Below are positions 26,810 through 38,762 of a stretch of 64,000 nt of DNA, piece after piece. The notes beneath the pieces are model-generated. The model was not told the DNA's origin. It made no database searches and worked only from the letters and a program-made list of their open reading frames with translations. The stretch lies in NCBI RefSeq assembly GCF_964204645.1, contig NC_134028.1:10664001-10728000 (forward strand), given 5' to 3'. The first letter of the stretch is position 1, and every line of letters starts with the position of its first letter. A program made the position numbers and the translations under genes. Source of the DNA: Tubulanus polymorphus. Taxonomy: Eukaryota; Animalia; Nemertea.

Positions 26810-28702
26810 ACTAGAGGTCCAGAGACACCATGCCCACTTGGGAAGTGGTTTCAAATGCTCAACAAACTAACAATTACAATATTCAATGCCCCCTGGTGAT
26901 AATATACAAAAACCAATGACCTTGAAACTAACAACAATCATAGAACATGTCAGCAGCTACGATTGTAATTGATTGTGACCCAATTTCCTTAAAACTCACC
27001 ACATTCATTGAACGTGTCATGAGCTACAACTTTGCAATTGGTAACAAAATATGCCTAGGTACCAAGATAATAAGGAAATACTAAGTTATTCTGCTATTCA
27101 ACGCCCCCTAGTGTGCATATAGAATAACTAATGTCCGTGAAACTCACCACAATCATAGACGATGTCATGAGTTTCATCTTTGCAATTGATTGTGCTAACA
27201 AAATGCATTGGTACAAATATAAGATAGAAATACTAAGATATTATATTATTCAATGCCCCTGGTGACAATATACAACAAAAGCCCCAAGGGGCACTATGGC
27301 CAGCCCGTCAGCTTTTCATAAAATGGCAAATGATGCATTCTGTGGGTTAAATTTGTCCAAATACACTCCCAGTTCAGAGACTAGTCAATCCCTGGCTAAC
27401 ACAATTCAATTGTGTTTTCATAAGTAGCACAGACAGCGACTGGAGCTGGCAGGAACAAATACCTCAGATTAATCTTTTCCCTTGGTCTTTTCGATTTGAA
27501 TGCGGAATAGAATTAAATTTTCTGAAACTTGCTCAATAAAACAAAATTGAATTGGATTTGCTGTTTTAACTTGTTTAATAAAGTGCATTTGAATTGGATT
27601 TGATATTTTTTGCAGAATAAAATTTGATTGAATTTGAAATTTGAGCACATGGCTAATTAGCATATAAAAGTCATCCATCCGATTTGAGAAAAAGCTATTT
27701 TTCCCGGACTTTGCACAATTGTCAATGATATTTTCTATAGTGCAAATAAGAATATTACTTCCAAAAACCAAATCTACCAAAGATTTCACAGAAATCGATA
27801 TTGAAATGCCATTTTAGATCTTAAAATAAAACCCGGAAGTAAAACGGTAGATGATACCACAGGTTCAAGGGAACACCTGCTGATCTCTGCGGCTTAGCCA
27901 ATCATAGAGGAGTTTTTGCTTTCTGATTTGCTGACAGATATTTTTGCTATCAGATTTTTGCTAAAAAGGTCACATAAATTTTAACGAGGCCCTCTTTCAA
28001 AATTAAGCTTCATAGGGGTTGGAGAATGGATAATGCTCTAATGAATGATTCGTATGAATATATGCTCAGTTGCACAGTCAAAGAGCCTTTACTCTGGAAA
28101 CCAGTAGGAAGCTCCAGGACTCAGAATTCGGGCCAAAATTGACATTTTTCGGGCACTTAAGAGGTCATAGGATGCCATCGACCCAATTTTTGTTATGCTG
28201 ATGGGCCCTGGGGGATTCAAATATATACGAAAGATCAAGGTAATTGATCAAAGCGTCTTCAAAATTCCAAAAAACCAATGACCTTGAAACTAACCACAAT
28301 CATAGAAATTGACATTTCCGGGCACTTCATAGGACACCATCGACCCAATTTTTGTTATGCTGATGGGCCCTGGGGGATTCAAATATATACGAAAGATCAA
28401 GGTAATTGATCAAAGCGTCTTCAAAATTTCCCTGAAAAAGTTCAAAAACGTGTAATTAGTGCTGATTTTGGAGAACAACAATGGCTGCCAGTCGGCCATC
28501 TTGATTCTGACAGGGCCAGTTTTTGGGCCAAAGATGTGTCTAGGGTAGATACATGTGTAACCCAAATATCAAGACATTACATTGAAGCGTCTTCAAAACT
28601 TCCCAAAATATCTGGATTCCGTCTAGGGACGGACGCTATGACGGACGGACAAAAAGTGAATGCAATAGCCCGCTGGGACTAAAGTCCCAAGTGGGCTAAA
28701 AA
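26810..28702 (-). mobile_element. HINE family A copy with a nested family B copy (about 27275-28100)
   Basis: Family A ends, ~155-bp units and ggac microsatellite. Family B sequence lies inside. Confidence 0.8.
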
Positions 28703-28949
28703 TTGAATTTGAAACATTCATGCAGAATGCAATTTGATTGAATTTGCAACACACGCACATAGCATTAGCATATCTAGGTCATCCATGCCTAACACCGATT
28801 TAGGAAAAGAAACTATTTTTCCTATACCCTTGCTCGGTTGTCGAAGAGAGAATCTTGAAATCTTGATTTTGAAATTCTATTTTTAATCCAAAAATAAAAC
28901 CCGGATTTAAAACAGTAGATGATACCACGGGTTCACGTGAACACTCGCA

Positions 28950-29501
28950 GCCGACCTTAGCTCATCTGCGACGCGACGGAACTGAGCGCATAAATTCCAG
29001 CCAATGAGAGACCGCATATACATAGCACAAATTATCACCGCTAGTTAGCGTCATCCGTAATTAGTCATAAACCTTCAAATTCAAGTAGTTCAAAACGTAC
29101 ACCAAACCTTCAGCATGGCAGAGGACTGGACCGAACATCTAGAAACGAAATTGGTAGAATTATGGTGTGAGCGGCCATCTTTATAGATGTCGCTAGCACG
29201 TTGTATTCAAAACAGAATCAGAAAGATCAAAGTCTTAAAGAAATAGCTTTTTTAATAGAAATATATTTCCCAATAATTCAAATTTATTCTCAAAATGCTT
29301 ATCACGTGACCATTTGAGCCGTTGCAGTTGCTAGTAATTGCAACCGACATAAGCAGGGAAGCAACTGGGAGGATCTCGTATCCCGCTAGTCAGCCTCAGT
29401 CGCTGCGAATCGGAGGGCAGTCGACATAAGCAAGGGCTGCAATCGCGGTTGCTCTCAGTTGCGTCGGTAGGCGTCGCGTTGCTTGTCGACATAAGCCAGC
29501 C
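28950..29501 (+). mobile_element. PIF/Harbinger derivative with a MADF/Myb-like ORF remnant (about 29115-29250)
   Basis: MAEDWTEHLETKLVELWCERPSL.DV..YS.NR..K..LKEIA. Right end ..cataagccagcct|TTA. Partial related copy near 44600-44672. Confidence 0.7.
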
Positions 29502-29576
29502 TTTATGAAGACTTCATCGATTGACGAAGTCAATCATACACATATAGTGACGAGTTAATACAGACTATTCACTTAC

Positions 29577-29883
29577 CAGTTTGAACTGGAGATGAACTAA
29601 ATATAGAAACAGATAAAGATGACCTTCTCTGGCGCTCACATGTTGTTTGTCCTTGAGTTGGAGATGGAGGAGGGGTAGCCATTACTAAATGATGATGTTT
29701 CTCCAATGTTGAATCCAGAATACCTCCGACTAGAGTTAAAATTGCTGGAACTTGCTGGAGTAAAAGTCTTCTCAATTCTTCTTTACGAGAGATGTTTAAA
29801 TCTTCGCGTGGACTGATCATTTCTTCTGATGTTGTCTGTAACATTATTAACCCTAGCAACACAGTTTCTGATTGTTGTATCAG
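29577..29883 (-). CDS. XPO6: Exportin-6 exon (LIQQSETVLLGLIMLQTTSEEMISPREDL..ATPPPSPT..)
   Basis: LGLIML-TTSEE--PREDL--RKEELR-LLL and ATPPPSPT motifs typical of XPO6. Acceptor ttttcag, donor gtaagt. Confidence 0.96.
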
Positions 29884-29975
29884 CTGAAAAAATAGTAAGC
29901 ACAGCAACACATTTTTACCCTAACAATACAAGTTCAGCTCCTAGCAGCAAGTATTCAACTCAAAATAAATCTTAC

Positions 29976-30176
29976 CTGTAAGATGTTGTGAAAGAAATCT
30001 GGGTAAAAATGAGGCCAATCTAATCTACCAATATCCACAATCAATTTCACTAATTTATTACGGATATAATTCGGAACCTTGTCATGATTTGACAAAAGAT
30101 AAGAATTCAACATAGCCCGGATTTCTGTTTTATCCATTCCCATGACCCCCAGTAACCACTTTTTATTGATCAACGT
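29976..30176 (-). CDS. XPO6: Exportin-6 exon (TLINKKWL..IRNKLVKLIVDIGRLDWPHFYPDFFHNILQ), importin-beta N-terminal region
   Basis: IRNKL-K-IVDIGR-DWP-FY-DFF-NILQ signature. Acceptor ttttcag, donor gtaaga. Confidence 0.96.
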
Positions 30177-30251
30177 CTGAAAACACAACAACAAAATGTG
30201 TTATTAACACTAGTAACTTTATATAGATACCTAACTAGAGTTGCATTTTAC

Positions 30252-30364
30252 CTCTAATACTGTACTACAATACATCATTACATATTCGTTTTGCGTATTT
30301 GTCATGAAATATAAACAATGTTTCCAGGCTCCGTCTTGAAGACTAAAATTATTCAATAGTTCCT
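30252..30364 (-). CDS. XPO6: Exportin-6 exon (EELLNNFSLQDGAWKHCLYFMTNTQNEYVMMYCSTVLE)
   Basis: Matches XPO6 EELLNNFAQQIGAWRFCLYF..NDYVMMY. AG/GT boundaries, and phase fits the neighbouring exons. Confidence 0.95.
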
Positions 30365-30395
30365 CTAAAATGAAAGATAGAAGAGATTTAGGAAA

Positions 30396-31983
30396 ACTAG
30401 GGGTCCAGGGACACCATGCCCACTTGGGAAGTGGTTTCAAATGCTCAACAATCTAACAATTTCAATACATAACGCCCCCTAGTGACCATATACAAAATCC
30501 AATGACCTAGAAACCAACCACAATCATAGTACATGTCAGCAGCTATGATTTTGCAATTGATTGTGATAACAAAATATGCCTCGTTACCAATTTAATATGG
30601 AAACACTAAGTTATTCCACTATTCAACGCATGGTGACCATATGCAAAACCCAATGACCTTAAAACTCACCACAGTCGTAGTACATGTCATGAAACACAAC
30701 TTTGCAATTGATCATGGTAACGAAATATGCCTAGGTACCAATCTAATAAGGAAATACTAAGCTATTCGACTATTCAATGCCCCCTGGTGACTATATGGAA
30801 TAACTAATGTCCTTAAAAACTCACCACAATCATAGACGGTGTCATGAACTACAACTTTGCAATTTATTGTGGTAACAAAACATGGATAGGTACAAATATA
30901 ATATAGAAATACTAAGTGATTGTATTATTCAACGCCCCCTGGTGGCCACATACAAAAACCAATGACCTTGAAACTCACCAAAATCATAGAATGTTATGGG
31001 CTACAACTTTCCGATTGAATATAGTAAAAAATATGCCTAGGTACCAATCTAATAAGGAAATACTAAGCTATTCTACTATTCAACACCCCCTGGTGTCTAT
31101 ATGGAATAACTAATGTCCTTAAAACTCACCACAATCATAGACAGTGTCATGAACTACAACTTTGCAATTGATCATGGTAAGAAAATATGCCTGGGTACTA
31201 ATCTAATAAGGAAATACTAAGTTATTCTACTATTCAATGCCCCCTGGTGACCATATACATGAACTAATGTCATTAAAACTCACCATAATCATGGAAGATG
31301 TCATGAGCTACAACTTTCCAATTGAACATAGTAACACATTATGCTTAGGTATCAATTTAATGTGGAAAACTTTTTCCCACCTACGAATGAGTACCGTTGA
31401 CACCAAGATGGCCGCCAATTGCGTCATAATTGGCTGATCAAAAATACCTGTCTCAGGTATAAAACATCCCTTTCCAAAGAATACCCATCACAAATTGCAA
31501 TGAGAAATGGCAAACCAGTAGGAAGCTACAGGACCTAGAATTCTGGCCAAAATTGGCATTTTTGGGCACTAAAAAGGTCATAGGACGGCCATCTTGAGTC
31601 AGATCGACCCAATTTATCTTATGCTGATGGGCCCTTGGTAAATTCAAATATAAACTAAAGATCAAGGTAATTGATCAAAGCGTCTTCATAATTTCCCTCG
31701 AAAACTTCGAAAATGTATAAAAAGTGCTGATTTTGGCGAACAACAATGGCTGCCAGTCGGCCATCTTGAATCTGACAGGGCCAGTTTTTGGGCTGAAGAT
31801 GTGTCTAGGGTAGATGCATATATAAACCAAATATCAAGACATTACCTTGAAGCTTCTTCAAAACTTCTCAAAATAACTGGATTCCGTCTACAGACGGACG
31901 AACGCTACGACGGACAAACGGACGGACGACGGACGAAAAGTGAACGCAATAACCCGCTGGGACTAAAGTCCCAAGTGGGCTAA
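30396..31983 (-). mobile_element. HINE family A, full length, six ~155-bp units
   Basis: Both subTIRs, terminal hairpin and (ggac)n microsatellite. Confidence 0.85.
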
Positions 31984-32027
31984 TGAAGAGAACAGCATTC
32001 AGTGGTATAGAGAAAGGCAGGTCTTAC

Positions 32028-32118
32028 CTATAGTGTGCTTACGTTCATTTGTTGTAACAGCATCAAAAAATTCATTCATTAAATTTTCCAAAGCCCGGAG
32101 TGAATTTTCATCAGATGC
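32028..32118 (-). CDS. XPO6: Exportin-6, first visible coding exon (ASDENSLRALENLMNEFFDAVTTNERKHTI)
   Basis: Manual translation matches the recalled XPO6 N-terminus (ASEEASLRALESLMTEFF..TTNERKREI). Acceptor ttcattcag, donor gtaag, 91 bp. Needs an upstream ATG exon. Confidence 0.93.
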
Positions 32119-32592
32119 CTGAATGAATCAAACAAAATCTAGGGTTGCAAAACATTCAAAGAAACTCTTTTTTAACATTTTTGTATTTGCAATGAACATT
32201 GCACACGTCCATGGTTTCATTGCGAAATCCAATCAGAGTAATTCTAGTAAAGGATACCGCTGGGAAAACCAGCATACGTGCCACAGACATATCGTACTGT
32301 TTGCTGTGCGATTCTGCCACATAACCTACCTATCTAATGCATATTTGTCATACTTAAGATTTTCCTATCGAACAACTGGTAGTACCCATCATAGAGACAT
32401 TCTCTCAGCTTACCATGATTGTCTAGCAGGCGCTGGCTATAAGGGCATTAAAAAGACGCATGACATGACACACACTAAATATTGGTGGAAGACCATGTAC
32501 AAAGACATACATCATTACGTAGAATCATGTACCACATGTATCCAGGCTAAACGGCTAAACGCCAACGCCCTGCTTTGACCAACATGCCTATA

Positions 32593-33158
32593 CGGACCTG
32601 CCAACCCTGAATTTTTTTTTCAAGTAACACATCTAAATTTTAAGTATTTCCAGAAATTTCTAAGGAACCAACCTTTTAACTGGTAATTTTCATGAAAAAT
32701 AAGTAGTTTCCTTAATCAAAAGTTCATCTATCAAAATCAAATGTTTTTTTGGTGGGACTTTTTTCTGTACATTCTGTCTCATGTTTAGAATCGTGTGTGT
32801 CACTAGGCTCAGATTGAGATGATGGATTTAAAGAAAACTCGGCATCAGACATGACAGAATTATCCTCACCAGTAGCTGACAGAACTTCATAATAGCGGGT
32901 CACAAAGCAGTCAGTGTTCTGCCAAAGATCGTTGAAAATTTATTCTGGCATGATTTACCGCAAAAGCAAGTAAATGAACAATATGACGACTTTTATTCGT
33001 GTAATAATAAATGATATCTATTAAATGTTATGGAAAAACATTTCCCGGATTTTGAATCGATATGAAATACGTAACGTTTTTGGAAAAACATAACACCGTA
33101 ATTTCACTTTCATTTAAGCAACCATTCCGGGATAAAACAGAATCGTTGGCAAGGTCAG
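32593..33158. mobile_element. hAT-like MITE with 6-bp TSD CCTATA
   Basis: CCTATA|cggacctgccaac..gttggcaaggtcag|CCTATA. Removal restores integrase LTNMPISDTFHCWHI. Confidence 0.8.
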
Positions 33159-33789
33159 CCTATATCAGACACTTTCCACTGCTGGCACATTGTCCATTGT
33201 CAAATACAGGTGAGAAATATTTTCTTTTAGTAGTAGACAGCTACTCCAGATGGATTGAGAGGTTTCCCTTGAAGACAGAAGAAGCCAGTGAGGTCGCTAG
33301 GGTTCTCTACAATGAAATCTTCCCTAGGTATGGTGCCCTGCGCTCTCTGATATCTGATCGTGGCAGGTCATTCCTAAATGCATTAGTGTCATCTTTGTGT
33401 GATATATTCTAAGTGAAGCGTCATGCAACATCCGGTTACTATCCTCAGACAAATGCAACTGTTGAACGTCAGAATAGAACACTCGCGCAGATATTGCGTT
33501 GTTACATTAATGAACAACAGTCTAACTGGGCTGAAATTCTACCAAGCATTTTAATAGCCATCGGGGCTTCTCCATGCGAATCAACTGGGTTTTCCCCATT
33601 CCATGTTTTGTTTGCTAAAGAAATGCCTCTGCCACTGGATACAGTCCTCACACCTACTGAGAATCTTTCAATTGTAAAAGAAATCGTCACTCAACGAAAC
33701 CAGGCTACGCAGGCCAAGAATGGACGCTCGTACAATAAGGCAGCTGAACATCCTAAGTTTAAAGTTGGTGACGAAGTATGGGTCACTAA

Positions 33790-34335
33790 AGGCCCCCGCA
33801 CACGAACAAATTTTGCGTACGCATTTAGCGCTGAATATAGGGCCCGCACAAGAGCCCAAAACTGCGCTCAGCAAAGGGAGCTGCAGCAAAAGCACGTATG
33901 CATTATACAACCACATTTACTGCATATCTGCACCGTTTACTTCTTATTGCCCTTGTCAAATCTATTTGAATATAAAGGGAATTTTCTGTTCTTATTACAT
34001 CTATATCGGCATTAAAAGTCTTGCAAGGGGAAAATTGTGATTTTGATAATTTAAGTAATCCCATATCATAAATCAGCGTTTTTCTAATCTGAAAACAATA
34101 AACTAGCCGCTATCATCAGTTTTTGAGTAATGACCCAAGCGCATTGACGACGAATGAAACGCAAATAGCACTGAGTTGCCCGCACACGAGAGCGCAGTTG
34201 GCACTGCGTCAAAAATATCAAACATGATAGATATTTGGCGAACGACAAAATGCGCTCGAAAAGGCCCATGCACACGAGCCGAAAACAGCGCTGCGCCATT
34301 TGCGTACGCTGTTATCGGCTTGTGTGCAGGGGCCT
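33790..34335. mobile_element. PIF/Harbinger MITE, TAA TSD
   Basis: TAA|aggcccccgcacac..tgtgtgcaggggcct|TAA. Confidence 0.85.
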
Positions 34336-34363
34336 TAATGAGGCAGTGCCGGTTTGTAAATCC

Positions 34364-35124
34364 AAACAAGAGCCCCAAGGGGCACTATGGCCAGCCTGTC
34401 AGCTTTTCATAAAATAGCAAATGATGACAAATGACAAAACTAGCACAGACAGCGACTGGATCTGGCAGGAACAAATACCTCAGATAAATCTTTTCCCTTG
34501 GTCTTATTGATTTTTTTGCGGAATAGAATTTAATTTTCTGAAATTTGCTCAATAAAACAAAATTGAATTGGATTTGATGTTTAACCTTGTTCAATAAAGT
34601 AAAATTGAATTGGATTTGATATTTTTTTTAGGAATAAAATTTGAAAAAGCTATTATTCCCGGACTTTGCACAATGGTCAATGATATTTTCTATAGTGCAA
34701 ATCAAAATATTCCTCCCAAAAACCAAATCAACTAAAGCTTTCACAGAAATCGATCTTGAAAAACAACTTTAGATCTTAAAATGTAACCCGGAAGTAAAAC
34801 GGTAGACGATACTGCGGGTTCACGTGAACACCTGCTGATTTCTGCGGCTAAGCCAATGATAGAGGAGTCTTTGCTTTCTGATTGGCTTTTCAAAACCAAT
34901 ATTTTTGCGATCAGATATTCGCGAAAAAGCTCATATAAATTTCAACGAGGCCCTCCTCCAAAATTCAGCAACGTAGAGTTCGGAGAATGGATAATGCTTT
35001 AATTAATGATTTGTATGAATATATGATCAGTTGCACTGACTAAGAGCCTTTACTCTAGAAACCATGTCATTTAAATTCGCTCCATTTGTATAGTAACAGG
35101 CTCAGCCAACGGTTGGCCTAAAAA
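34364..35124 (-). mobile_element. HINE-like family B, both ends present
   Basis: aacaagagccccaaggggcac (hairpin) ggccagcc ... aggctcagccaacggttggcctaaaaa. Inserted in an A-run of the Gypsy integrase. Confidence 0.8.
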
Positions 35125-35712
35125 CTCAGCGATAAGTACAAGGGTTCTTACACAGTAGTACGATTGGGTCTAAATGACACATATTTCCTTCGGTCAGTAA
35201 ATAACAAAATCTTAATGTCTGCGACCAATGCTACTTGTATGATTCCTTATGTTCGAAGAAAAGAGGATGATACAATCGATCAGGCGCCTGTACCACAATC
35301 GCAGCCAAGCTCATTAGACGAAAGTTCGCCACAACAATCTAATCGTGACATCCAAGGTTCCCCACAACCAATGGCCAGTGATACAAATCGTCCCCGTCTT
35401 CCAGACAAGGATATCGCTAACAGAACACGTACCACTAAGGTGGAACTGACATCAAAGGGTCCTCAAGATGCTTCGGGTAGCAAAGATTCAGTTGCATACT
35501 GCAATATGCCAACAAAGAAAGTTGACCAAAATACTTTCAAATTACAACAATCACGCTACATTTCTGCAAAAATCCGGTGTGATTACTAGTATGGCTAAAG
35601 GCAACCCCAGAGCGCATACTTCTGAGAGCTGGGGTTTTGCCCGAACGTCCGATGATCCGATGCTCTATCCGGTTGAAAGGATTTTGAAAGTGAAATATAA
35701 TGGCGTGAACGG

Positions 35713-37685
35713 CATGTATGCAATACAGAGAAATGACAGCCAATGGGGGAATTTGTGGAGAAATTAATTAATTTCTAAAAGAAACGTCGATTAATCGCTC
35801 AAATCATAGGCCTACATAAAATTGGATTATTTCGAAAGGTAGTTAGTTACCTAATCGTCGGTGGTAAGCCTTTTATAATCGGATGGGCTTATACCAACGT
35901 TAGGGATGAAATTGGCCAAAACAAGGTTGAAACTAGGGGTCCAGGGACACCATGCCCACTTGGGAAGTGGTTTCAGATGCTCAACAATCTAACAATTTCA
36001 ATGTTCAATGCCCCATCCAATGACCTTGAAACTCATAGAACATGTCAGCAGCTACTATTTTGTAATCAATTGTGGTAACAGAATATGCTTAGTTACCAAT
36101 ATGATATGGAAATACTAAGTTATTCTACTATTCAATGCCCCCTGGTGACCATATGCAAAGCCCAATGACCTTGAAACTCATCAAAATTATGTCATGAGCA
36201 TGTCATGAGCTACAACTTTGCAATCGATCACGCTAACAAAATGCGCCTAGGTACCTATACTAGGGGGTCCAGGGACACGATGCCCACTTGGGAAGTGGTT
36301 TCAAATGCTTATCAATCCAATTTCAATATTCAACGCACCCTGGTGACCATGTACAAAACCAATGACCTTGAAACTCACCACAATCATAGAACATGTCAGC
36401 AGCTGCGATTTTGTAATTGACTGTGATAACAAAATATGCCTTGTTACCAATCGAATATGGAAATACTTAGTTATTCTACTATTCAACGCCCCTGGTGACC
36501 ATATTCAAAACCCAATGTCCTTGAAACTCACCACAATCATTGAACATGTCATGAGCTACAACTTTGCAATTGTTCATGGAAACAAAATATGCCTAGGTAG
36601 GTCTACCAATATACTAAGGAAATACCAAGTTATTCTACTATTCAGCGCCCCCTAGTGACCATATAGAATAACTAATGTCCTTGAAACTCACCACAATCAT
36701 AGACGATGAGCTACAACTTTGCAATTGATTGTGGTAACAAAATATGCATTGGTACAAATATAATATAGATATACTAAGATATTGTATTATTCAATGCCCC
36801 CTGGTGGCCATATACAAAAACCAATGACCTTGAGACTCACCACAATCATAGAACACGTTATAACCTACAACTTTTTAATTCATTGTGGTAACAAAACATG
36901 CTAAGGTATCAATATAATGTCTAAAAACTTTTTCCCACCTACGAATGAGTACTGATGACACCAAGATGGCCATCAATTGCGTCATAATTGGCTGATCAAA
37001 AATACCTGTCCCAAAAAACATCGCATTTCCAAAGAATACCAATCAGCAATTGCAATGAGAAATGGCAAACCAGTAGGAAGCTACAGGATTCAGAATTGGG
37101 GCCAAAATTGACATTTTTGGGCACTTAAAAGGTCATAGGACAGCCATCTTGAGTCCGATCGACCCAATTTTTGTTATGCTCATGGGGCTTGGGGGGATTC
37201 AAATAGGCCTATATACGAAAGATCAAGGTAATTGATCAAAGCGTCTTCAAAATTTCCCTCAAGAAGTTCAAAAACGTGTAAAAAGTGCTAATTTTGGATA
37301 GTCGGCCATCTTGATTCTGACAGGGCCAGTTTTTGGGCTGAAGATGCGTCTAGGGTAGATACATGTGTAACCCAAATATCAAGACATTTCATTGAAGCGC
37401 CCTTCAAAACTTCCCAAAATCACTGGATTCCGTCTACGGACGAATGATGGACGAAAAGTGAACGCAATAGCCCGCTGGGACTAAAGTCCCAAGTGGGCTA
37501 AAAATAAAATTTCTATTCATTTCAGTCCACAATTAATGGCTTATTTCAGAAACTAACGCAGATACCTTTCGAAATAATTCAATTTTATGTATGTTTCGAG
37601 CGATTAATCAACATTATTTTGAGAAATAAATTAATTTCACCGCAAATTCCGCCATAGACCGCCATTTCTCTGTATTGCATACATG
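35713..37685. mobile_element. MITE with ~130-bp imperfect TIRs, hosting a HINE
   Basis: catgtatgcaatacagagaaatg..ttatttcgaaaggta is inverted at 37565-37685. Confidence 0.75.
35931..37505 (-). mobile_element. HINE family A copy with an internally duplicated end (about 36259)
   Basis: Both ends, tandem units, and a second actagggggtccagggacac inside. Confidence 0.85.
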
Positions 37686-37899
37686 TGGCATGATAGACTA
37701 GGTGACCTACAAGGATTTATATAAAACTTCCAAAACAAAACGACAATTTTTATTTTTGATGGTTTTTCAATATATATTTCAAATCTCTGTGTTTTCCATC
37801 AAATAAGTAATTAAATAATAAATTCTGGTTGAAGAAAAATATGAATTAGTGTTGATTTCTTAATTTTTTCAATTTCGTTTCGTTAGTTAGTGTCGTTGT

Positions 37900-38350
37900 C
37901 CTGGCCTCAGTCCTCAGTCCACAGGTACCAACACTCTCCACAAGTTTTCAAAATGGCGGCCGTTGTCTCGGAAATTTACTCTCACTTTACGGCCGATTTG
38001 CACATGGATTAAGATCGTCAACAAACAACGAATCTGTAGTGTGTTGAATACAACAAAAATTAGACGGATAGGCCTATCGTAAGAGACAATGAAATGCCAG
38101 GTAAATTACTCGTCAGTCAAATTGGCTGACGAAGATTTCATTGAAAAATGACCTTCCCATTCCTGACTGTGGTTTGTGAAAATATCCGATCGTGAAACTA
38201 AACCACAGACAGGTTACTGACTAATTAAGCCATCTTAGGCCTAAACCACTGAAAGTTTCAAAACCGAGTGATCCATAAACGGCTGATTCTGCCGTTATTG
38301 GCGGAAAACGCCGAAATTGGTAGAATAAGCCATTTTTGGAAAGTGTTCCT
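37900..38350. promoter_or_regulatory. Candidate XPO6 promoter / 5' region
   Basis: First non-repeat, relatively CpG-rich stretch upstream of the Gypsy nest. YY1-type AAAATGGCGGC at about 37950 and ATTGG boxes. Confidence 0.3.
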
Positions 38351-38550
38351 GACTGAATATATAATCCCTGAATGTTCTTTTATTTTTTCCTTACGCTAAT
38401 TCTTATCACTCAGGAATAACTTGAAATGCAATGGAGTTGAGGTAAATCATCAAAATCAAAGAGTGTGTATAACGGTGAAAACTTGCAACTTTTCTCATTA
38501 GCTAAAAACGTAAATTTACATACAGTACATAAATTTACGTAGTAGAGATA

Positions 38551-38762
38551 CGGGTAAAAGTGCAGATCTGCACCTCTCCGCGTAAACGGTTCAATCAATT
38601 ATAGGCTATTAAATATCATTGTTTCAGATTCAAAATGTCATCAGCAATTCGGTACATTTCCATTGGTTAATTTTAATATATCTTCAGTAGAAAGATTTTA
38701 GCCTGGATTCTGTCATTCTGCAGATGGTCAATCACGAGAGGTGCGGATCTGCACTTTCACCG
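38551..38762. mobile_element. MITE with ~28-bp TIRs and apparent AGATA TSD
   Basis: AGATA|cgggtaaaagtgcagatctgcacctctc..gagaggtgcggatctgcactttcaccg|AGATA. Confidence 0.7.

Larger units (their letters stand above)
32380..35712 (+). pseudogene. Gypsy LTR-retrotransposon integrase remnant (zinc finger, core, GPY/F, chromodomain start), antisense in an XPO6 intron
   Basis: YHD..YWWKTM..CTTCIQ, VVDSYSRW, ISDRGRSF, PQTNATVER, TGFSPF, FKVGDEV, KLSDKYKGSY and YPVERILK. Interrupted by four insertions. Confidence 0.9.

Noticed and set aside
2392-37500. Many short ORFs in HINE copies (for example 2392, 3301, 11096, 27469, 30916, 36362)
   Set aside because: Chance frames in non-coding repeats. Stops and starts are not conserved between copies.
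38089-38106. ATG AAA TGC CAG|GTAAAT as first exon of a divergent plus-strand gene
   Set aside because: No downstream exon of a recognisable host gene was found on the plus strand.
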